Source: Octopus vulgaris
Taxonomy: Eukaryota
Assembly: GCA_951406725.2 (NCBI GenBank)
Contig: OX597819.1
Location: 15,252,001 to 15,316,000 of the forward strand
Length of the DNA: 64,000 bases
Reading direction: 5' to 3'
Shown: piece after piece, positions 26,519-39,300 of the stretch
How positions within the stretch are numbered: position 1 is the stretch's first letter
Layout: the number at the start of each line of letters is the position of its first letter
Translations under genes and position numbers: made by a program
The notes under the pieces: generated by a model
Told to the model about the DNA's origin: nothing
What the model saw: the letters and a program-made list of their open reading frames with translations, nothing else
The model's database searches: none

Positions 26519-28343
26519 TATGCACATATATATACACATGTGCATTCATGTTCAGTTAACATCTACTTAGTTCTGCTCACAAAATATCGGTCAACATGAA
26601 GCTATAGAACACATTTGTGCAAGGTGCTGCAGACTGTGAACCTTGTATTAGTGAAGTTTGTTAGAAACTTAAGTCTTGTGTGTGTGTGAATTAACAGAAC
26701 AAGGAAACAGGAATTATGTAATCAACTTCATTGGGTTACAGTTGTTTCTGTTATAAGAAGCAACGTGTTCAGTTGAGTGCTTGTGCATCACCTAATAGCT
26801 TCCTCTGAGCCTTTAAAATTCTATACCATCATCATGGGTGGTACAATTTCACAAGAGCTGGCCAGGCAGAAGCCTGCACCAGACAACTGTGAGTGTTTTG
26901 GCAGGATTTTTACAGCTAGATGCCCTTCCTAACACCAACCACTCAGAGTGGACTTGGTGCTTATTACGTGGCACAAGCACAGGTGAGGTCACATGTGTGT
27001 GTGTGTGTTACATAACCACCGGCATGAGGGCCAGTCAAGTGGTACTGGCAATGGCCATGCTCAAATGGTGTTTTTTACGTGCCACCTGCACAGGAGCCAG
27101 ACCAGCAGCACTGCTATCAACCTAGCTTGAAAGTTGTAAAAGCCTAAACCCCTGGTTTTGGGTTCACTTGGCAAGTGAACTTTTTACCACAGCTAGATGC
27201 CCTTCCTAACACCAACCACTCACAGTGGACTTGGTGCTTATTACGTGGCACAAGCACAGGTGAGGTCACATGTGTGTGTGTGTGTGTGTTACATAACCAC
27301 ATGTTTAAATTGTTGATAGTTCTGAAAAGAAATCGAGCATATATATTATACTTATGTCCGTTTTTTTTTTTTTCCTATGTTGTTTGTTTGTTAAAATACT
27401 TGAGCCTAAGAGGAAGTCATTGTGTAGTCTGGATACTCCACCTGTCACAAACAGCTGCAAAATCACCTTCAAACCACACCCTACCATCTTGAATAAAGAA
27501 AATGTACTATGAATGTGTATACTGGAGTCCAGTGTTGGCTGTGCTTGAATAAGGGCCAGGTTCATTGCAGTTGGAACATCTTGGCTAATTATTGACCAAA
27601 AATGTTGTTTAGATTTATTTTGTGGTTAATAATGGGAAAATTTACTCTCTTATATGCTCATGACATTTCCTTACTCTCCCATCTGGTCTTCTCTCTTCTT
27701 TTTTTCTCTTTCCCATATTGCTTTCTATCCACCCTACCCCCATGCTTTGTATATTTCCTCTATCTCTCTCTTTCTTTTGTGATCTTATCATCTCTCTTTC
27801 CTCTTTATTTCTGTGTTGTGCTGAATAAGTTTTGTGTTTGTGATTTTCACAGATGTACCTTTACACATGTAGACTTCTGTACACACATGCGTATTATACT
27901 CTTGCATATACTAATGTGTTTGGTGGGATTCCACATGGTAATTCAAATTTTTTTCATGTACCTCTCTATATACTTTCACACACACACACATGTTGATGCT
28001 GATTGTAAATGTGCACCTTGCTGTGATACACAAAGTATATTCTTGAAGCTGTAAAGCAGCCCTGAGCTTATTTTCATCAGACAAAGGCATCGCTGTGTAT
28101 TAAAGAACTTTGCTTTGTGTATGTGTGTATTAAGACAACATACACATGACAGGCATCTTTCAGTTTGTCTGTCAAATCCACTCATATATTTGGTCAGTAA
28201 GGAATTATAGAAGACACCTTGTTCAAGGTGCCATACAGAGGAACTGAGTCCAACTCCATGTGCTTGTGATGTCAACTTTTTAACTGCTCTGCTACATCTT
28301 TGCCTATTAGCAGTTCTCCAGTAAGGTTACTTTATGATTGTGA

Positions 28344-28665
28344 AGGCGCGTGGCTTAGTGGTTAGGGCATTCGGCTCACGATTGTAAGGTCGTGAGTTCG
28401 ATTCCAAGTGACGCGTTGTGTCCTTGAGCAAGACACTTTATTTCATGTTGCTCCAGTCCACTCAGCTGGCAAAAATGAGTTGTACCTGTATTTCAAAGGG
28501 CCGGCCTTGTCACACTGTGTGTCACGCTGAATCTCCCTGAGAACTACGTTAAAGGTACACGTGTCTGTGGAGTGCTCAGCCACTTGCATATTAATTTCAC
28601 GAGCAGGCTGTTCCGTTGATCGTATCAGCTGGGACCCTCGTCGTCGTAACCGATGGAGTGCTCCT
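28344..28665 (+). mobile_element. Young SINE family C copy with 13-bp TSD
   Basis: TACTTTATGATTG at 28328-28340 and 28677-28689; CpGs retained. Confidence 0.85.
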
Positions 28666-29105
28666 ATATACTACTCTACTTTATGATTGCTAAAACCACT
28701 CAAAACAATATCTGATTTGAAATTATAGTGTAACATATATCTTTTTCTGACAAACTTACACTACTAGCCTTGCTCCCCCTCATTATCATTTGACATACGT
28801 TTTCCATGCTGGCATGAATTTGGATGGTTTAACAGGAGCTGGAGGGCTGCACAAAGCTCCAGTTGTCTGTTTTGGCATGATTTTCCATAGCTGGATGCCC
28901 TTCCTAATGCCAACTACTTTGCAGAGCATATTGGGTGCTTTTTACATGAATCCCTAACCACTAAGCCACGCGGTTTCTCATCAGCAGTAACTAAAAATAC
29001 ATATAAATACATAACACATTTCTATAGATGTGACCGAGTTTGTATTGTACACTATAAATAGCTATAAGCTACTAATCTCTTCTGGGACATTAGATGGATA
29101 TTCTT

Positions 29106-29144
29106 TCTCTGAAGAAAGCCTAAGAAGACTAGAAACTAGTCAGA
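29106..29144 (+). ncRNA. Degenerate minimal hammerhead motif
   Basis: TCT CTGAAGA a AGCCT aaga AGACT a GAAA CTAG TC AGA; core intact, helix II mismatched, helix I only 3 bp. Confidence 0.5.
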
Positions 29145-29846
29145 TTGATTTCACTCCTTCTGCTCGCAAAGAAATAAATTTACTTTTCACAGCAATGTAA
29201 AAAGCACCCAATATGCTCTGCAAAGTAGTTGGCATTAGGATCCTAAGTTCGATTCCTGCCGGCGCATTGTGTCTTTGAGCAAGACACTTTATTTCACGTT
29301 GCTCCAGTCCACTCAGCTGGCAAAAACGAGTTGTACTTGTATTTCAAAGGGCCGGCCTTGTCACATTGTTTCATGCCTAATATCCCCGAGGACTATGTTA
29401 AGGGCACGCGCGTGTGTGTGTGTCGAGTTCTCAGCCACACACTCGTGTTAATCTCACGAGCAGGCTGTTCCGTTGATCGGATCAACTGGGACCTTCGCTG
29501 TCGTAAGCGACGAAATGCCAGGTTACCGTTGTGTTGTATTTTTGATTTCGTCAAATTGTTTCGTATGAATTTTCTAATTTTTAGGCTATTTGTCAATTAG
29601 TTTGATTGGTTGGTAGCTATTTGCCAATGTTGTGAATTCATTTTTTTTTTCCCTGCTACACGTTAGCTTTTAATTTAATAGATTTATGATGGAAAAATAT
29701 CAAGTTGTGACCATTCAATATTTTTTTTCTGCTGGTTTTTCTCAAATTTATGCCTTTCCTTTCTAAGGTGGCAGTGTGTGATTTGAGGGCGATTCAGTTT
29801 CTATTTCTACTAGTTTGAGCAATCGGATGTAAAAAAAAAAATTCAG

Positions 29847-30268
29847 GGCAATCTTTCGTCTCTAGTAGACCTTTCCGTCGATTTCCGTAAAAAAATTTTT
29901 TTTTTTTACATATGGGCTTGCGGGAACTTTTGAAGTAATGAGAGCGAAAGAGACTAAGAGAAAGCGATCGTATGACGAGGGAAATTCTTTTGAAGTTACC
30001 GTGCATGGGAAGCATTGATGTACATGTGTGTGTGTGTTTGATGAGGTGTGGGAGACAGACAGTATGTTGTGTAAGTGAAGTGCTTCTGTTAGTGTGTGTG
30101 AAGAGACAGAGTAATGTGTGAAAGAAAGAGATAACTGAAATGTTTTACTCGGTGTATGTGTATATGTATGTATATTACTTCAAAAGTTCCCGCAAGCCCA
30201 TATGTAAAAAAAAAAAAAAAATTTTTACGGAAATCGACGGAAATGTCTACTAGAGACGAAAGATCGCC
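29847..30268 (+). mobile_element. MITE with ~90-bp TIRs and 8-bp TSD (Merlin-like)
   Basis: Ends GGCAATCTTTCGTCTC.. / ..GAGACGAAAGATCGCC; TSD AAATTCAG at 29839-29846 and 30269-30276. Confidence 0.85.
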
Positions 30269-31241
30269 AAATTCAGTGTACTTGACAAATACTTGTTTGT
30301 GCATTAAATTTACGGTTATTTTCCAGTCCTGTGTATTTACGTTGTCGAACAGCTGGGAAAGAGAGATAAACAGAGAGAAATCAGAATCGCCAATCAATCA
30401 TTTTGTACTGATTTTCTTTATTTTTCCTCACCCTCTACTTCCCATCCGCCTCTCCACCTACACATTTTACATCAAACACTGCGTCATTCACCTCCCGATT
30501 TTCGTTGAGCTTGCATTATGCTCATTACGGGTTTGTTTTTTTAAAATACCCGTTTATCGTTTTTCGTATAGGGCGTTAGTTAGTAAGGGACAAAAACACT
30601 CCCTGCTTTATAGTAATGTCCTTTTACTTTCCGAGATGATATCCCGTCAAGTTTTAACTTTGCCTCTCATTCTTCCGGGATCAGTAAAAAATAAAGTACC
30701 AGTCAGTTATTGTGGGGTGTTGTAATTTACTTATCTACCCTTCTAAAATTGCTGATTTTGTACCAAAATTTGAAGCGGTTATTATTATTATTATTAATGG
30801 TGAGTTGTCAGAAATCTTAGGGTTTACACAAAGTACCGTGTGTTCCTCCTAGGTCTTATACAAGCGAGCGCTGTGTCAGTTCTCTTTACAATGGCCTACA
30901 TCTGTTTTATTGTGGCAATAAAACAATTATTATTATTTATTAATAAAAGGCAACAAGTATTATTGTTGTCCGTAGTGAAGTGAGAATATTTCTTTCTTGG
31001 CGATGACGTAGTTATGGGGGGGGGGTGCATTTGAAGGTAGGCGGGGGAGCAACAGTTTGTTGACGGAGAATTGTTTTAGCAACTGATAACACATTGCACC
31101 ACATTTATTATTATTATTATTATTATTATTGCTTTTATTTGAAAGATGTGTTTATATGTTTATAGATTACGGACGAGAGAGAGAGAATATGTTCATATTT
31201 TCCCCAATCTCTCTCACATACACAGTACGGTGTTGTGTTTG

Positions 31242-31283
<42 letters not shown>

Positions 31284-31468
31284 TTACACATACGTGTATA
31301 TAACACATTAAATGTTTTTTTTTGAAGTACCAATCATTTTCATTATTGTGTCTGTATATATATATATATATATGCATGCATATATGCATGCATACATAGA
31401 CAATTTATGTCTATATATGTTTAGACAAACACAGACAGACGTGTATTAAACTCGTCTCCATTTTGTGC

Positions 31469-31730
31469 TATATATGTGTATGTATGTATGTATGTATGTA
31501 TGTATGTATGTATGTATGTATGTATGTATGTATGTATGTATGTATATATGTATGTATGTATATATGTATGTATGTATATATGTATGTATGTATATATGTA
31601 TGTATGTATATATGTATGTATGTATATATGTATGTATGTATATATGTATGTATGTATATATGTATGTATGTATATATGTATGTATGTATATATGTATGTA
31701 TATATATATGTATGTATGTATATATGTATG

Positions 31731-31783
<53 letters not shown>

Positions 31784-31912
31784 GTATATGTATGTATATG
31801 TATGTATATATATGTATATGTATGTATATGTATGTATGTATATGTATATATATGTATATGTATATATATGTATATGTATATATATGTATATGTATATATA
31901 TGTATATATATG

Positions 31913-31943
<31 letters not shown>

Positions 31944-32052
31944 GTATATATATGTATATATATATATATGTATATATATATGTATATATATATATATGTA
32001 TATATATATGTATATATATGTATATATATATATGTATATATATGTATATATG

Positions 32053-32111
<59 letters not shown>

Positions 32112-32160
32112 GTATATATATATGTATATATATATGTATATATATATGTATATATATATG

Positions 32161-32191
<31 letters not shown>

Positions 32192-32322
32192 GTATATATA
32201 TATATATGTGTATATATATGTGTATATATATATATGTATATATATGTATATATATATATGTATATATATGTATATATATATATGTATGTATGTATATATG
32301 TATGTATATATATATATATATG

Positions 32323-32369
<47 letters not shown>

Positions 32370-32370
32370 G

Positions 32371-32408
<38 letters not shown>

Positions 32409-32432
32409 TATGTATATATATATATGTATATA

Positions 32433-32478
<46 letters not shown>

Positions 32479-32506
32479 TTAATATATATATATAGTATAT
32501 ATATAT

Positions 32507-32537
<31 letters not shown>

Positions 32538-32595
32538 GTATATATATATGTATATATATATATATATATGTGTATATATATATATATGTGTATAT

Positions 32596-32633
<38 letters not shown>

Positions 32634-33331
32634 GTATATATATGTGTGTATATATATGTGTATATATATATATGTATATATATGTATATATATATATGTA
32701 TATATATATATGTATATATATGTATATATATATATGTATATATATGTATATATATGTATATATATATATGTATATATATGTATATATGTATATATATATA
32801 TGTATATATATGTATATGTATGTATGTATATATATGTATATATATATATATGTATGTATATATATATATGTATATATATGTATGTATATATATATATGTA
32901 TATATATGTATGTATATATGTATGTATATATGTATGTATATATATATATATGTATGTATGTATATATATATGTATGTATATATATATGTATGTATGTATA
33001 TATATATATGTATGTATGTATATATATATATGTATGTATATATATATGTATGTATGTATATATATGTATGTATGTATATATATATATGTATGTATGTATA
33101 TATATATATGTATGTATGTATATATATATATGTATGTATGTATATATGTATGTATGTATATATATATATATGTATGTATGTATATATATATGTATGTATA
33201 TATATATATATGTATGTATGTATGTATGTATATATATATGTATGTATATATATATATATGTATGTATGTATGTATGTATATATATATGTATGTATATATA
33301 TATATATGTATGTATATATATATGTATGTAT

Positions 33332-33414
<83 letters not shown>

Positions 33415-33632
33415 TGTATGTATATATATATGTATGTATGTATGTATATATGTATGTATGTATATATATATATATGTATGTATATGTATGTATATATATA
33501 TATATGTATGTATATGTATGTATATATATATATGTATGTATATGTATGTATGTATATATGTATGTATGTATATGTATGTATGTATATATATATATGTATG
33601 TATGTATGTATATGTATGTATATATATATATA
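31469..33632. repeat. ~2.2-kb compound (TATG)/(TA) microsatellite
   Basis: Direct inspection; source of the spurious 700-aa YI/MYV ORFs. Confidence 0.95.
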
Positions 33633-34203
33633 ATATACACACACACACAACAAACACATATGTTTTAGTGTTGTGTATATATATTCTTCACTCATATATT
33701 GTCCGTCTTCCCCGCTTGACAGCCGATGTTGGTTTGTTCACTTCCCCGTAACTTAGCAAAAGAAACTGCTAGAATAGTACCAGGTTTTTTAAAAAATAAG
33801 TCTTGGGGTCGATTCATTCGACTAAAAGTTCATGGCAGTGACCCAGCATGGCCGCCGTCTAATGACTGAACTAAGTAAAAGATTTATGTGTGTGTGTGTG
33901 TATAATGGAACAGGAATTGTGAGAATATTCGAGCTGTTGTTAGTCCCATTTAAGGTCATGATCCCTTATGAGTCTGTCCAATGTTGACCTGTATCCCGTT
34001 TGTGACCACCTCGTCTTTTCAGAGTTTTTATCAGACTATATTACCCACTGTGTCCTTTCTTTTCAAAGATAGCAGGATGTATTTTGAAGGGAATTCATCT
34101 GCCATTTCCAGCAGGTCGAACGACCACATACAAAGCTCCTTCATGTGTTTCGCAGCACGAACACCACAGATTCCCATTTCCCATAGTATTGAAGTGTCGT
34201 CTC

Positions 34204-34386
34204 TCTAGCCACTACACACATTTTTTTCTCTCCTTTACTTTTTTTTTTCTGTGTCCCTTTCTGTAGAAGAGCGTAGGCTCGAAACGTAAAAGACTTTTTC
34301 AATTCCTGAGCGTTATACTAATACATCTGTTTGTTTTGTACACCACCTGTCTTCGTCTTTTTTTTTTTTTTTCGTGAACTCTCCTC

Positions 34387-34390
<4 letters not shown>
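34204..34390 (+). repeat. Short PLE-like repeat carrying a variant hammerhead (34257-34292), ending at (TA)n
   Basis: CTTT CTGTAGA A GAGC gtag GCTC GAAA CG TA AAAG; homologous to 23522-23696. Confidence 0.7.
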
Positions 34391-34438
<48 letters not shown>

Positions 34439-34677
34439 TCAGAAACCCGGGTCTGTGTGTAACACGTAAGGCTAGAGATGGGAGCGATGATTCCCCTTCG
34501 CAAATACAAATCAGATGCAGTGTGTCGTTAGCCAGCTGGAGGAGATGTCTTCCTGGGGCTATAAACAACAGTAGCATTGTCCCCTATGGGTCCGCCACAT
34601 TTAGGTGGCAAATATACATCACGATTCCGGACTTCTATTATATACTTCTCGCTCAGAGATTTATTATTGTATTATTG

Positions 34678-34722
<45 letters not shown>

Positions 34723-34990
34723 CTCTGTTGCAGCATGGGTGCAATATAGATTTTTCCTCTTATCGTACATTCAAAATCTTCAATTTGCATTCCTCTCCCA
34801 ACCCAGCTGATCGGTCAATGTTGCGGTTTACAAGTAAACCAAACTGAAATCAGTGAAATTCGATATTAAAGGGGTGTGGATGTTTGATCACACAAAACGA
34901 ACACCCACATATAATATAAATTCATATTTGGAGCCGGCGTGTGAGCGTCACTCTGCGGCCACTCGACCTGTCAGAAATAGCAGCCAAGTG

Positions 34991-35046
<56 letters not shown>

Positions 35047-35352
35047 TACTGGCTTAGAAAATCAGGACAGAATGGACACTGCAGTCCAAGGTGAACTGTG
35101 TCACGGAAAACAGTAGACAAGGTTGGAAGGAAATTTTTATTGCAGCTCGGCTCGTTCTGAGCTGACTTGGAGCTAAACAGCAATGTGTACACATAACCTC
35201 ACAGTCATATATGTACACACATACAGAAGCGTAAAAACAGCCGTGTACCCACGACACAAACGCCTTTTAAAGCAGGCAATGAATACACGAATTATATATA
35301 TATACACACACACACACAGTACACAATACGTACTAAGAAAAGAAGTGTGAGT

Positions 35353-35383
<31 letters not shown>

Positions 35384-35449
35384 ATGGGGAAGAAGAGAGA
35401 GAGAGAGAGAGAGAGAGAGATGAGAGCTATGTTAGCGACTTCTGTGCTT

Positions 35450-35552
35450 TTGACGTGTCGACAGCTGACTGAAACTGGAAGTGGTTGCCAGACTAACAGG
35501 AAGTTGAAGTAGTAAAAGTATTTCTTTGAATGGCCACCAGGGGTCAGTCAGC
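35450..35552 (+). promoter_or_regulatory. Candidate enhancer/insulator with CTCF-like and ETS motifs
   Basis: TGGCCACCAGGGGTCAGT at 35531-35548, two GGAAGT sites, TGACGT and CAGCTG within ~100 bp of unique sequence next to (GA)n. Confidence 0.4.
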
Positions 35553-35575
35553 GAGAGTTACTTCATTGATGTATG

Positions 35576-35608
<33 letters not shown>

Positions 35609-35828
35609 GATATAAAAACACACGCACATACACTGTTTGTCTCGCTCTTACATATATAAATATATATATATATATAATGATTTGTAAACATTTTTAATAT
35701 CCATCAACCTATTACCCACCTCTTTAGTATTTTATACTTTGTTATCTACTCTCAATTTTATTCCTCCTAACGGCGTTACTCTTGTTATCTTACTAAAATC
35801 ACAAATACACTTAAGTGTGTACGTACAA

Positions 35829-35862
<34 letters not shown>

Positions 35863-36139
35863 CACATACATACATACATACATGCACACATTTTAAACAG
35901 TTACAAAGAATACGGAGACTGGTACATAAAATTTTTCTTTTAGTTTTACTGTTGGTCATAGAATATATAATGAGTTGGTTAAAATGACCGACACGTGTTT
36001 CTGCTGAACAGAATATGTGCCGTCGCGTATGCAACCTAGCATAATCTGCTGTGCACCTTCATTCAGGGCCTTTCAACAAGCGTAGTTCGAACAAACACAC
36101 TCACACACACTTCGTTTTTGTGTCTAGTTTCCAAGATTC

Positions 36140-36570
36140 GGCGATCTTTCGTCTCTGGTAGACCTTTCCGTCGATTTCCGTAAAAAAAAAAATTTTTTTT
36201 TTACATATGGGCTTGCGGGAACTTTTGAAGTAATACACATACATATACACATACACCGAGTAAAAAATTTCAGTTATCTCTTTCTTTCACACATTACTCT
36301 GTCTCTTCACACACACTAACAGAAGCACTTCACTTACACAACATACTGTCTGTCTCCCACACCCCATCAAACAAACACACACACACACACATGTACATCA
36401 ATGCTTCACATGCACGGTAACTTCAAAAGAACTTCCCTCGTCATACAATCGCCTTCTCTTAGTCTCTTTCGCTCTCATTACTTCAAAAGTTCCCGCAAGC
36501 CCATATGTAAAAAAAAAAAATTTTTTTTACGGAAATCGACGGAAAGGTCTACTAGAGACGAAAGATTGCC
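36140..36570 (-). mobile_element. Second Merlin-like MITE copy, inverted
   Basis: Reverse complement of 29847-30268; own TSD CAAGATTC at 36132-36139 and 36571-36578. Confidence 0.85.
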
Positions 36571-36625
36571 CAAGATTCTTTATCTGAATTTGTGTAACAA
36601 ATTTTGTCTAACGAAAGTCATTATG

Positions 36626-36840
36626 CCTATTTCTTTACTACCCACAAGAGGCTAAACACAGAGGGGACAAATAACGACAGACAAACGGATTAAGTCGATT
36701 ACATCGACCCCAGTGCGTATCTGGTACTTAATTTATCGACCCCGAAAGGATGAAAGGCAAAGTTGACCTCGGCGAAATTTGAACTCAGAACGTAACGGCA
36801 GACGAAATGCCGTAAAGCATTTCGCCCGGCGTGTTAACGA
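36626..36840 (-). mobile_element. SINE family B copy
   Basis: Homology to 54417-54650. Confidence 0.8.
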
Positions 36841-37778
36841 GTCATTAGGCCGATATAATTAGCACACACTCACACACTGGTTCAATTCCACTCATTTGTT
36901 AATTATCTGATTGTTTTGAGGCAGTGTGCCTGTGACATCATCATCATCATCGCTTAATGTCCGCTTTCCATGCTAGCATGAGTTGGACGATTTGACTGAG
37001 GACTGCTGAACCAGGTGGCCGCACCAGGCACCAATCTGATCTGGCAGAGTTTCTACAGCTGGATGCACTTCCTAATGCCAACCACTCTGAGAGTGTAGTG
37101 GGTACTTTTACATGCCACCGGCATGAGGGCCAGTCAGGTGGTACTGGCAATGGCCACACTCAAATGGTGTTTTTTACGTGCCACCTGCACAGGAGCCAGA
37201 TCAGCAGCACTGGTATCAACCTCGCTCGAAAGTTGTAAAAGCCTAAACCCCTGGTTTTGGGTTCACTTGGCAAGTTAACTTTTTACCACACTTCCTTGGT
37301 TTAGTGTCTTCTACTAAAACCCAGGCTCACCCAAAGCCTTCTGTGTGAATTTAGTATGCAGAACCTGGAAAGTTACATCAGTTTAACATCCACTTTTCTA
37401 TGGCTGGATGTCCTTCCTGTTGCTAACCCTCACTTGTTTCCAAGTAAAATGTATTCGCCAATGACCTGACATGTTTTGAAGGAGGATTGGAAACAGACAC
37501 AGCTTGCGTGATAGTGACACTCATTTGCAATTATCACACACCGTCATGGCTTTTACAACTTTCATACAATGTCACATGCACACACACACACACACACACA
37601 AGCTGTGACCTTTGTGCTGATTTCCTTATTTGTGAGGACCCTCACTAAATAGGAGCAATGAGCAAGACTTCTGATAACCTATCACTTGACCTTCTATATG
37701 TAGCTGCCTCAAATCACATCCTACTGTTCCTACTTTACAACCAACTTGTTGATACAAGAAACTCAGAGATAGCCTTAA

Positions 37779-37999
37779 CCCTTTAGTGTTCACATTATTC
37801 TACCATAATTAATCCTTTTTTATCCACATTGTTTTGAACTAATCACGCATTATCTTGTAGCTATGAGATTTCAATGAGGTAGCTGTTAATTTTTAAAACG
37901 ATATTGTAGGGTTGGTGTGAGAGACTAGATCTGGCCAGTTTGAACATAAAACAGGCAGAATAATTTTGGCCGGATATGGCCGGTTTAAATGCTAAAGGG
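37779..37999. mobile_element. piggyBac-type MITE family 1 copy
   Basis: TTAA TSD on both sides, CCCTTTAG/CTAAAGGG TIRs. Confidence 0.85.
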
Positions 38000-38661
38000 T
38001 TAAATGGTCACCTCATCTACTAGAAATAACACACAAGCTTAGGAAGGATACTAATGTAGTCTTACATAGTGTGAGAGAAGGGATGGTCATAAGTAGAACA
38101 ACAACATTGATTATAGATTGTTTGACCAGAGCAGAAGTTGAGGCTACTGTTAGTTCAGATAACAATTTCTTAGAACCATTACAAATGATCTAACAATAAT
38201 ACTCTATGTTCCATAAAGAGGATGACTGCTTGGGAAGGGAGTGTCAGGTCACCGCATAGCATTGATCATCACCACTCCTGACATATGTACTTTATTTCTA
38301 TTTTGTACTCCCCATAGATGAAGTGAAATTCAAGATTTGAGCCATTTGTCCTCATTAAAAGCTTTTAAAGTTTATATCCTGAAGCACTTTCGGTGTCAGC
38401 AGGTTGTGCCCACCAATCTCTATCTATGCACACGCCTCTAAACTATGACCCATGTAAGTCATTCACCTACAAAATTCCCAACACATGATCAACGTCTCTA
38501 GATAAAAGAGAGAAAAGTCGGTCTGTCCTACTCAGCTTTAACAATTCATTTGGCACCGAATTTAAGCAATTAGAGAATTTTGCTTTGTCTTTCTATTCTC
38601 AATTCCAATCCCACCTTTCATGCTTCCTGTATTGAAAAAAATATGCTGGCCCACATATATG

Positions 38662-38731
<70 letters not shown>

Positions 38732-39300
38732 ATGTATATAAATCTATATATATATATATATATACACATACGCACACATATACACACATATACACACATA
38801 TACACACATTCATATATACTCATATATACACATATATATACACACACACACACTCATATATATCTATATATATGCATATATATATATCTACTAGCAATAT
38901 AGGATGAAGTCCCTTTCTCTACAGAAAAGGAATCCATCAGGAAGCGTGGGCAGTATATTTAAAAAAACCGTTACGGTTGAAGTATAAACATCATATAATT
39001 AAGGGCTAAAGAGGGTTATTCTAAAGCCAATACACTGATTTATCCACTTATAATCCGCTTGCTACAGGAGAATTGAAACTGAAAACGGGCAACTAACCTT
39101 TAGAAAATTTAAATTTCGTTATCTCTATATTGAATCAATTTCAGAATTAATCTTATAAAAAAGATATATTCTTTCTTCAGTAGAGCTTTCGATGGGATAT
39201 AAATAAAATACTCACGTATGATCATGGAAAAAGCACAAGCTAAAAACATAACTACACTTGAGTACATCATTTATATCTAAAAATAAAAATTCTATATATA

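Noticed and set aside
26735-26812. Possible further decayed hammerhead on minus
   Set aside because: Core too degenerate to support.
31421-33751. ORFs of 339-749 aa
   Set aside because: Translations of a TA/TATG microsatellite that lacks stop codons; the same applies to ORFs at 3605-4913, 13079-13955 and 38599-38907.
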